Origin: an uncultured virus (IMG/VR IMGVR_UViG_3300022822_000010)
Taxonomy: Duplodnaviria; Heunggongvirae; Uroviricota; Caudoviricetes
DNA length: 64,000 bases
IMG/VR virus record: IMGVR_UViG_3300022822_000010
Strand: one strand, 5' to 3'
Both the position numbers and the translations under genes were made by a program. The notes below the pieces were generated by a model. It searched no databases and was not told where the DNA came from. It worked only from the letters and a program-made list of their open reading frames with translations. Positions 28,392 through 36,673 of the stretch are shown piece by piece. The first letter of the stretch is position 1. Each line of letters opens with the position of its first letter.

Positions 28392-28853
28392 TTATACCTT
28401 ATTTTCATCAGAAAGTAAAGCATTAATTTCGAACTTTATACCGCACTCTCGAAACATCTCTTCGGTCTTCTTGAACGAGGTCCCCCATTTTTCTGGCGTC
28501 TTCTTGGATAGTACCATCACGACTCGGGATACGCCGCTTTGAATAATAGCTTTAGCGCATTCTGAGCAGACCGGAAGGCCATACACATAGATCGTTGAAC
28601 CCCTCAATGGTATTCCGTTTTCTGCAGCGTTGTATATACAATTAGCCTCTCCGTGTATAACGTATTGATATTTAATTTCTTTATTGTCTAATCGATAAGG
28701 CGTGTCTTCGATGCTTACAGGAAACCCGTTGTACCCTGTTGATAATATTCTCCGTTCTCTTACTGCCACCACCCCTACCTGAGTGCTGGGGTCTTTTGAC
28801 CAAGTTGATACTTCTTTAGCGATTTTACTGAATCTCTTGTCCCATTTATTCAT
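28392..28853 (-). CDS. cd: dCMP deaminase
   Basis: SKDPSTQVG, GYNG, HGEAN, PVCSEC. Confidence 0.92.
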   Translation of the reverse strand: MNKWDKRFSKIAKEVSTWSKDPSTQVGVVAVRERRILSTGYNGFPVSIEDTPYRLDNKEIKYQYVIHGEANCIYNAAENGIPLRGSTIYVYGLPVCSECAKAIIQSGVSRVVMVLSKKTPEKWGTSFKKTEEMFRECGIKFEINALLSDENKV

Positions 28854-29789
28854 TTATAGCTCTATATTTTTATACGCAAAATTTATAGCATCAGATGCTT
28901 CGTCTCGGATAGGTCTCGATTCATACCAAAGTCCGGTCTCGGCATCTAGTTGCCTAGCTAACAGCTCAATCTCAAACTCCGTTATTGGGTACTTTTTCGA
29001 AAGTGCGCTGAATGCTACCGAGCACATAAATTGATATAATTTATAGTACCAACCAGATTCAACTATCGCCTTATACTCAAATACCATTTTCTTCGACACA
29101 AACGGGCAATCGTGAAGTCCATTCCATTTATACTTGTCGCCTCCATCTAGTTTACTCTTCCGGTGATCGATTATTTTCTTTTGCATAGATTCGGGCATGT
29201 TGTCGAAAAATCTAGACGACCCTTTAGATTTCTCTAGGTATGGGTGGGCAGAAAGTAGTTTACTAGGATTAATGATATCACCAATATTACTGAAAATGAA
29301 GTTGTTAGAACCAGCATAAGTCGCAGGTATATAATACATTCTGCTGAAGTCTTTAGTTTGTGCATCTCCGATTCCCCCGAGTTCTTTGTTGAGTGCGAAC
29401 CAGAAGTGTTTAATTTTTTCTTTTGGTATAGCTTTAGTAATAGGGAATACGAGTCTAAACTTTGGTTTAGCGAGTGTGCTACTTGCGGTACTATAGCACA
29501 CAAAATACCAAGCGCCATACCGAGAATTAAGCTCATTTTGTAAATCTCCTTCAAAGTTGTGATCATCTACGTCAACTGCGGCCCACGTCCATTCGATCAC
29601 GTTTTTATTCGACCGAGTTGAACCAGATATATAGGATGATGGTGATATAAGTGTAGCCGATTTTTTAGATTCCAGAGGACGTTTAGAAAGCAAGTACAAT
29701 AAGTCTTCGAATTCACTAAAGCTCTCAAACTCTACCTTCGTCTGGGTATTATTATCAAATATGTTATTAAATACGTTCAGTGATATCAT
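28854..29789 (-). CDS. AEP/PrimPol-like protein
   Basis: AAVDVDD acidic motif, YSTASS, KFRLVFP, KDFSRMYY. Confidence 0.65.
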   Translation of the reverse strand: MISLNVFNNIFDNNTQTKVEFESFSEFEDLLYLLSKRPLESKKSATLISPSSYISGSTRSNKNVIEWTWAAVDVDDHNFEGDLQNELNSRYGAWYFVCYSTASSTLAKPKFRLVFPITKAIPKEKIKHFWFALNKELGGIGDAQTKDFSRMYYIPATYAGSNNFIFSNIGDIINPSKLLSAHPYLEKSKGSSRFFDNMPESMQKKIIDHRKSKLDGGDKYKWNGLHDCPFVSKKMVFEYKAIVESGWYYKLYQFMCSVAFSALSKKYPITEFEIELLARQLDAETGLWYESRPIRDEASDAINFAYKNIEL

Positions 29790-30346
29790 AGTTCAAAGTT
29801 CGCGGGTCGTTGGGCTAATACTTTAAAATCGCGCACCCTAAACTTATCTAACATTGGGATGCTGTTAGTTTCGTGATTCCAAAAACCTTTAATAGATGGA
29901 TCATTAGGCGTCATATTAGCCCAAGCAGATTTCGGAATAAAATAGTAGAGGTTAGAATCTGTGTTGGGGTTATACAACACGACTCGCAACGCGCCTTCTT
30001 TCTCAGCACCTGAAGACGTTCTACGGACTCCAGTAATCGCTAGGGGATAGCCACCGCGAGCACTAGCTCTTGCACTGATGCTCGCAGTCTTACAGTCGGT
30101 GTTTGGACATCTCAGTTTTTTACCGTCATCGAAGTCGTAGTGATCGCCATCAACAAAGTTATACCCTCCTATATAAGCCATACACTCTTCAACCATGGCC
30201 GTAGTTTTGATGTGGCGAGAGTATTTAAGCATAAAGTTATTGAAGTCGCCTTTAGCATCAGGATGGTACACAGAAATGATGTCGCGTACTAACGCGTTAG
30301 CTTTTGCGTCTGCGGCCATACTTTTACTGAATTTATTAGTCTTCAT
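29786..30346 (-). CDS. hypothetical protein, possibly nuclease-like
   Basis: Own promoter at 30375-30403; YDFDD...DCK motif. Confidence 0.55.
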   Translation of the reverse strand: MKTNKFSKSMAADAKANALVRDIISVYHPDAKGDFNNFMLKYSRHIKTTAMVEECMAYIGGYNFVDGDHYDFDDGKKLRCPNTDCKTASISARASARGGYPLAITGVRRTSSGAEKEGALRVVLYNPNTDSNLYYFIPKSAWANMTPNDPSIKGFWNHETNSIPMLDKFRVRDFKVLAQRPANFEL

Positions 30347-30420
30347 AATGTAGTTCTCTATCAATTAAGTATTAATCATACCGTAATTCGCTCAATAAGT
30401 AAAGCTTTATTTTATTTATT

Positions 30421-30984
30421 TTATGAGGTAATCGTATGTACGGTTATAGTGTGTATTAAATGGTTCACTATTCGATCTATGTCTTCGGTGGTTTCGCACT
30501 GCTGATGTTCAACGCACCCTTCCTCTTCGCCAAATAATGTTTGAGTAGCCCCAAAGTGTTCAACAATGTTATTAACCTTAGTTCTAACAGTCTGAATGAA
30601 CTTATCGCTTTGATTAGAACCTCGCTGAATATAGCGCCTCTCACGTTCATCGTCGCTAACAAACAAATGTATAATCCGTAGGTCATCGACGCTGCCCAAG
30701 AAGCCTTTGTTATTGAGTCGATCGCCTTCACCAAGAACGACTTCTCTTGGATTGGTTTTAGCCCATTCGATCGCTTTAGGGGCAACAGCCATCGACAGTC
30801 TATCCGTGCCGGCAAACACTACATCGTCTTCATATTTACCTAACACGCGAACATTACCGCTCACATGCGAGTCAAGCAAATCAATCGGTCGGTCGGCAAC
30901 CCAATCGGTTCTCTTAGCCATAAACGCTCGCATCACTGTAGATTTACCGCAGCCTGGCAACCCTATCAAATATATCAACTTCAT
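30421..30984 (-). CDS. P-loop nucleotide kinase (5-hmU DNA kinase-like, modification-associated)
   Basis: LIGLPGCGKST, GTDRLSM, EGDRL; directly follows the aGPT-Pplase gene. Confidence 0.75.
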   Translation of the reverse strand: MKLIYLIGLPGCGKSTVMRAFMAKRTDWVADRPIDLLDSHVSGNVRVLGKYEDDVVFAGTDRLSMAVAPKAIEWAKTNPREVVLGEGDRLNNKGFLGSVDDLRIIHLFVSDDERERRYIQRGSNQSDKFIQTVRTKVNNIVEHFGATQTLFGEEEGCVEHQQCETTEDIDRIVNHLIHTITVHTITS

Positions 30985-32003
30985 TAGAAAAACTCCTCAA
31001 GGCCTTTGAAAACTTTTGTATCTTCTTTAAACATCCAATCTAATCGATCGATGTTACCTGTAGCGATAAAGTCGCCAAACTTAGATTTGTTTATGAACCT
31101 AGACTTATATATGCGCTCATCAAGGGTTTCTTCTCGCGCTTGCCAAAGCGGACGCCATTCGATACCGCCCCAACCATCAGCAGATACTCGCTCGATCTCT
31201 TCAGCTACACGATCATTATAATATCCTAGGTAGCGCCCATTCCTTTCTCGGAATACCTTCTTGAAAGAGCATAAGCACGTTTCCATGGTGAACATGTTTA
31301 GGTCGTTTTTTAAGTCAGGAAACCTATCGCGCATCTCAATTATAATCGACTTAGCATTATCTTCGAGCGCAGCATATTCATGTTTAGTAAAAGTCGAGTC
31401 GTATTGATCGTCTTGACCTAGCGCCAGCAACAAACCATTACGATGAGACCTTGAGCCGCTATAATCATTTAATAATAGGGTCGAGGGCAAGTTTGGTATA
31501 TTGGCTGTATGGTGTAAGTGTTGTTGAAAAAACCATGATGAAAATCTACCGAACTTATAAAACGTAGTCTTCACAAGGTCGTATATAGCGTCGAAGTTTT
31601 GCTCTTCATTATCGCCCATTACACACTCGAAAGCCTCGCGCTGGGTCCTATCACCAACATACTCCTGATACGATTTGAACATATCTGGTAAGTGACCTTT
31701 CGACCACTTAGTGTCGGTCTGATACCGTAGCCGCTTATAATTTTCGGTATTCCAATTATCAATACGGTCGTATGTAGCAAGCTCGAAGTCAGGAAACTCG
31801 TTGAGGATTACCCAAGATGTGGGTAGATAATATGTGTTACCATATAACCAAGCCAGCCAGATAGTCTGCTCAGAGTTATGCTCAAATCTATTATTTAAGT
31901 AATCAGTCATCCATACTGCGGGATCACAATCACCGAACTTTAGCGACCAAGCATACCACTTGATAAATGCTTCGCGGCGATTTTGTTTTTCGTTATAATT
32001 CAT
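30984..32003 (-). CDS. amino-acid:DNA transferase (aGPT-Pplase family)
   Basis: GDCDP, WLAWLYGNTY, RYQTDTKW, FGRFSSWF, ETCLCSFKK, YLGYY motifs. Confidence 0.75.
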   Translation of the reverse strand: MNYNEKQNRREAFIKWYAWSLKFGDCDPAVWMTDYLNNRFEHNSEQTIWLAWLYGNTYYLPTSWVILNEFPDFELATYDRIDNWNTENYKRLRYQTDTKWSKGHLPDMFKSYQEYVGDRTQREAFECVMGDNEEQNFDAIYDLVKTTFYKFGRFSSWFFQQHLHHTANIPNLPSTLLLNDYSGSRSHRNGLLLALGQDDQYDSTFTKHEYAALEDNAKSIIIEMRDRFPDLKNDLNMFTMETCLCSFKKVFRERNGRYLGYYNDRVAEEIERVSADGWGGIEWRPLWQAREETLDERIYKSRFINKSKFGDFIATGNIDRLDWMFKEDTKVFKGLEEFF

Positions 32004-32045
32004 AGACGTATTATACTCTATTATAGATAAGAAGTCAAGACTTAT

Positions 32046-32660
32046 TTACGGTTGAAGATCATCACCATCAAATTCGACTTTAGATATATAATCAGCTTCA
32101 AAAAGGCTTCGGTTAATTATATCCTCGGTAGAAGCCCATATTAAGCCATTCTTCAAACTTGCTCGCCATAAGGGTCTTTTACCGTTGCGCATATCCATTA
32201 TACCCCGCTTAGATAATACTAAGGCGGATATTGAACTATCTGGCCATTCATCTATGTTCGATCGCTTGTATAATAATTCGCTATCGTTCGCAGTCTCGGT
32301 ATCAATACCAAATCTTTCTTTCCAGCTTTCTGGAGGCTCTTGGGATATAACGCCATTATGAACTATGGTCGATAAGTCGTCACCGATAGGTTGATTGTAC
32401 TTCAAATCAGATGTGCTGTACCGACAATGACCGATCGCATTTATATTCTGGCGGTCATCAATCCAATCAACGATCGGATAAAGCGCCAAAAACTCGTCAA
32501 CAGGCATAGCTGCTTTATGAGTCACAACTTTATCGTTTATCAGAAAAGACACGCCTGTAGCATGCCTTCCCCTTATTTGAGTTTCTTTAAACAAAGATTC
32601 GATAGCATTTATATCATCAATTGTTACGTTTTTTAGACTGACGCCTATAACGCCGCACAT
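32046..32660 (-). CDS. stand-alone class II (Ntn) glutamine amidotransferase domain
   Basis: N-terminal MCGVIG nucleophile, RGRHATG, GHCRYST, NQP, HNG, NDSE. Confidence 0.85.
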   Translation of the reverse strand: MCGVIGVSLKNVTIDDINAIESLFKETQIRGRHATGVSFLINDKVVTHKAAMPVDEFLALYPIVDWIDDRQNINAIGHCRYSTSDLKYNQPIGDDLSTIVHNGVISQEPPESWKERFGIDTETANDSELLYKRSNIDEWPDSSISALVLSKRGIMDMRNGKRPLWRASLKNGLIWASTEDIINRSLFEADYISKVEFDGDDLQP

Positions 32661-34102
32661 TAAAAGAACTCATCAAGAGTTGATTCATTCTCGTGTAGGT
32701 CGATTAAGTCTTGCTGGTTCTCGGTAATCATTTCACGTCCACCTTTACTTAAAGCATAATTATACCATTCTTTACTTGCCCACATATCAGGCGAAACGCC
32801 GTTCCAACGCGTCCTTTGTAAAGGGTGATCTTTATCTTTCATGCGCCCCGTAACAAACGAGCGCCGCAAGACCTCATACTCGTATGAACCCAGCTTGAGC
32901 ATATCTTCACGAAAGTAATAAACAAGCGACATACGCAGCAAGTCATCTACCGTACCACCGACAGGAGGCTCGATAGGCATATTGCCGTGAAGAACTCTCA
33001 TATTATCGATTAGTAGCAAGTCGCCCGGCCTGATATCGATCGCGGCCCGAATCTGAGGCGTCACAAGATAGCCTTTGGACCAACCGCGAACCCCGTCACT
33101 GACAGTAGTAAGATTCGAAAACCCTTCATTAAGTGAGCCAGAATCTTTATGATAAGCCATACCTGCTTTGCGATCTTTTTGAGTTGTGTTAACGGTAATA
33201 GTAGTGAATGTGGTATCTTCTCCAATCAAAAACTTATTATCAACCCTATCGGCGCAAGCTTCTTGAAGCGCATGGCGTTTTGGAAGCATCCGCTTAAAAT
33301 CTGCCTCAAGCTTTCGGGCAAATGGGTAACTTTGAACCAATCCATCGAAGTGATCTTCAGTGAATCTAGTAGGTCGCCCAAACGGGATTCTAGGATACCG
33401 CCCATAAAAGCCCGCAATGCCTGACCAGATAGGAGAGGCATACGATGTAGCGCTGATAAAATCGTCTTTAATGTACTGAGCATACTCTTTACTCTTCTGA
33501 CGATCCATCACTTTTATTTGCGCCATAAATATATCGAAGAAATCCTCATATTCGCATTCGAAAGTTTTCTTGACTTTTTCCGTCAACCATACCTTCCCTC
33601 TAGCCTTAAATTGTTTTTTCGAATGTTTATCGTAGATGTCTTGTAGCGCATTACCGATTACAGTATTAATAGAACCTGAAGCATAATAATCTAACACATC
33701 CATCTGAAACGTAGTAACCCAATCTCTGTTGTCAATCATTTCGTCGCGGCCACCAGCCGCCATGCCTCGATTATGAGACTCTTTAGCCGCAAGATATAGG
33801 CCTTCATAAGCGCCTCGCTGCTCTTCAATAGTAAAAACATTCTTCCTAAAACGAAACGCAATCTGAGATTCGTTTATCGAATCAAAAAATTCTTCATTAT
33901 CGACATCCCCCTTGGTTAAGTCGTTTGCTGGGGGCAAATAAAAGTCAGCGTCATCTTGGATGAGTATGTCATAATCGGATTCTTCGGCAGTCTTACCAGC
34001 CAAGCCTTCCTCTTCAACCATGAACAAAGCGACAAATATATCTTGCCCCTCTTTACCTTTATACTTTTGCCATTTGTAGTCACCAAATTGAACTATTTCC
34101 AT
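32660..34102 (-). CDS. TET/JBP-family 2OG-Fe(II) dioxygenase
   Basis: SGIAGFYGRYPR, FTTITVN, HKD (HxD), HGN (distal His), RMSLVYYFRE (RxS). Confidence 0.8.
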   Translation of the reverse strand: MEIVQFGDYKWQKYKGKEGQDIFVALFMVEEEGLAGKTAEESDYDILIQDDADFYLPPANDLTKGDVDNEEFFDSINESQIAFRFRKNVFTIEEQRGAYEGLYLAAKESHNRGMAAGGRDEMIDNRDWVTTFQMDVLDYYASGSINTVIGNALQDIYDKHSKKQFKARGKVWLTEKVKKTFECEYEDFFDIFMAQIKVMDRQKSKEYAQYIKDDFISATSYASPIWSGIAGFYGRYPRIPFGRPTRFTEDHFDGLVQSYPFARKLEADFKRMLPKRHALQEACADRVDNKFLIGEDTTFTTITVNTTQKDRKAGMAYHKDSGSLNEGFSNLTTVSDGVRGWSKGYLVTPQIRAAIDIRPGDLLLIDNMRVLHGNMPIEPPVGGTVDDLLRMSLVYYFREDMLKLGSYEYEVLRRSFVTGRMKDKDHPLQRTRWNGVSPDMWASKEWYNYALSKGGREMITENQQDLIDLHENESTLDEFF

Positions 34103-34172
34103 AACTAGTTATTACCTTATCGATTTATATACACGTATTATACCCTACTTCGTCCCTGAAGTCAAGATTTAT

Positions 34173-34556
34173 TTATTTATTTATTTTGTACAAGATTGGT
34201 AGAAGGTCTGGAACAGAATATTGCGGTCCTTTCATTACCTTTCCATCTTCGCGGTACATTGGTTTACCGTCTTCGCCAAGCTTACTCATATTACTTCGCT
34301 GAACTTCGGCAAAACACTCATCAAGCGGAATACCAAACGCGTGACCCGCCCCATAAGTGACGTATAAAATATCAGTCAACGCATCCGCAACTTCGGTTAA
34401 GTCGCCAAGGGCGATCGCCTCTATCAATTCATCAAGCTCTTCGCGTATCAATTCAACGCGCAAGTCTTGAACTTCTTTATCAGGAAACATAGGCATCGGT
34501 AATATCTCTTGACCAAACGTTTCCATAAACTGCCCTACATCTTCAAAGTTACTCAT
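34173..34556 (-). CDS. MazG-like/all-alpha NTP pyrophosphohydrolase
   Basis: LIREELDE, EVADALTDILYV, EVQRSNMSK, GKVMKG. Confidence 0.88.
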   Translation of the reverse strand: MSNFEDVGQFMETFGQEILPMPMFPDKEVQDLRVELIREELDELIEAIALGDLTEVADALTDILYVTYGAGHAFGIPLDECFAEVQRSNMSKLGEDGKPMYREDGKVMKGPQYSVPDLLPILYKINK

Positions 34557-34807
34557 ATTTTAATACTCTTTATTTTTAAAATTGCTGATTCTAATTGTTC
34601 GATTTGCTTTTCCAGCAGATCAATTAATTCGTTGGCCACAACTACATCATCTGGTTTATTATGTTTTCTAACTAACGTAAACAATGATGCTTGGTGCCAT
34701 ATACCGTATTCTTGTACTTGTATAGCATCTTGAGTTATACTTACCCCCATAACTTCAAACTCGCTAGAACAATACCTAACAGTATCTTTAACTTCAAACC
34801 GATTCAT
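34553..34807 (-). CDS. hypothetical protein
   Basis: ORF track, overlaps both neighbours. Confidence 0.6.
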   Translation of the reverse strand: MNRFEVKDTVRYCSSEFEVMGVSITQDAIQVQEYGIWHQASLFTLVRKHNKPDDVVVANELIDLLEKQIEQLESAILKIKSIKI

Positions 34808-36102
34808 AACTTCTCCCCTTTTTCAAATCCGCGAAATGTCTTTAGACGAGGGAAACGTAAACTATATTCACCGCTACTCGATTGGGTAATAGCGTCGGCG
34901 CGTACTTCAACTAACTGCCCGATTACTTCCTTTTTTTGACGCCAAATCGAGTCACGCTGATCGTCGGATAACCCTGACCCAACATTTACTTTAATGAACA
35001 CACCATCGTCTATACCTTCACAAACTAAAGCACCTGTATCATTTTGATATTTTCCAGTACCTTCTTCGACTCCGACCACGGTTAGCGTAACCTCAATAAA
35101 GGGCTTATCTTTTAACCAAGACTTGGTGCGCTTACACTCATACGGCGCATCGGGGTCTTTCAGCATAATACCTTCATAACCTTCAAGAACCGCTTTTTTG
35201 TTAATCGCTTTCATTCGTTCTTTACCGTCTATGGTATCTAGATCGACAAGCTCTTGACCAACAACTTTGACATTCTCTTCTTCCCTAATTTGATCGCTTA
35301 AATACCAAGATCGAGATGTCTGGTCAATATCGCTTCTGCCAGCAACAAACTCCTCTAAAGTAAGAGCATCGAAGAGAAACAGAACCGCATCGTTTGTCTG
35401 TACATCACTTTTGCGATTTACTTGAGTCATAAGGTCTTGGAATGAAGATGACATAATCTCGCCATCAAATACGTGAGGATACTCCCAAGCGTATTTTGAT
35501 AAGGTCTTAGCAACTTCTGGAAAGTTATTAAGAGGCTTTCCGTTGCGACTATACATCTGTACAACGCCGTTAGGGTGAACAATAGAGATAACCCGAACAC
35601 CATCAAGCTTGACTTCAACTAACTTCTTACCAGAAACATTCTTGACTTTATTACCATCGACCGCTAATTGACAAGCAAAGACAGGAACGATAAAATGTGG
35701 AAGGTTTAGCTCAATCGCAACTTTGTTCCAAGTGGTAACACTAACGCCTACTTTCATATTCTTTAATAGAACACGACCGTAGAACTTTGACCATAATTTT
35801 CCGTCACAGTTATTCATAAGGTCTTTTACAAGTTGAATAGCAATACCGCCAGTAATTTTGCGCGCAGCAAATTCGTCAAGCGATTCATGAAAATTTCGAT
35901 CAAACATGTCTAGATCGCATAGGTAAGTTTGGGTTTGCTCAGGGAGTTTTTTGATACCAAACGTTTCATAGGTATCATAGCAGCGTCGGAAACCCTCGAT
36001 TAAGGTCATATTACCGCTTCGCATTATTTGTCCCAAAATAGCTATTTTTGCTAGCTTGGAATTTGTTGCTTCTAAGGCTTCAATTGCTTCAATTGTTTCC
36101 AT
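34804..36102 (-). CDS. 30: ATP-dependent DNA ligase
   Basis: EVKLDGVR, FDGEI, EGIMLK, WLK, SLRFP. Confidence 0.95.
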   Translation of the reverse strand: METIEAIEALEATNSKLAKIAILGQIMRSGNMTLIEGFRRCYDTYETFGIKKLPEQTQTYLCDLDMFDRNFHESLDEFAARKITGGIAIQLVKDLMNNCDGKLWSKFYGRVLLKNMKVGVSVTTWNKVAIELNLPHFIVPVFACQLAVDGNKVKNVSGKKLVEVKLDGVRVISIVHPNGVVQMYSRNGKPLNNFPEVAKTLSKYAWEYPHVFDGEIMSSSFQDLMTQVNRKSDVQTNDAVLFLFDALTLEEFVAGRSDIDQTSRSWYLSDQIREEENVKVVGQELVDLDTIDGKERMKAINKKAVLEGYEGIMLKDPDAPYECKRTKSWLKDKPFIEVTLTVVGVEEGTGKYQNDTGALVCEGIDDGVFIKVNVGSGLSDDQRDSIWRQKKEVIGQLVEVRADAITQSSSGEYSLRFPRLKTFRGFEKGEKL

Positions 36103-36285
36103 TATACAGTTACCTCTTTAATAAAAGTTTTGTACTCTGCTTGTTCTGTTATAGCAGGGTATCGATTGACTAGTAATTCTATACAAAATTTTATATAGCG
36201 TGGATCGGGGTTGCCCTCGCAACGGGCTTTGGTAGACTTTAACGAATCTAGCATATCAGCATAAGTGTACATAGCAGTATTCTCT

Positions 36286-36576
36286 CTAGTTAGTTTCTAG
36301 TTGATCGGTGTAACCCAAATAAGTAGCAGCAACTACCCAATCTGCTAATAGATCGGTCATATTTGTTTTGGTTGTGATTCGCCCTACCACTTTTCGAGCG
36401 TTTTGAATTTGTAATGCTTGCTTGTGAAGGATTATTGTACGAGCAAAGTCTATTCCGTTTGCTTTCACGCTTTCTGATCTATCTCTCTTCATAGGATCGA
36501 TATCTTGAATTAAGGCGTTAAATCCTTCGACGAATTTGGCTAGTTGAGCTTCGTTTAATAAAGTTGGGTTTCTCAT
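36286..36576 (-). CDS. hypothetical early protein
   Basis: ATG at the cassette position. Confidence 0.7.
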   Translation of the reverse strand: MRNPTLLNEAQLAKFVEGFNALIQDIDPMKRDRSESVKANGIDFARTIILHKQALQIQNARKVVGRITTKTNMTDLLADWVVAATYLGYTDQLETN

Positions 36577-36659
36577 AATATATTCTCTCTAGTGTTTCGA
36601 TCAATTAAGTAACTATTATACCGTAATAAGCCTAAGAAGTAAAGAACTTTCTTAGACCG
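36574..36659 (-). promoter_or_regulatory. early promoter/stem-loop/RBS cassette
   Basis: TTTACT-N17-TATAAT (36643-36615); CTAAGAA/TTCTTAG inverted repeat. Confidence 0.85.
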
Positions 36660-36673
36660 ATTACGAATAAGCA

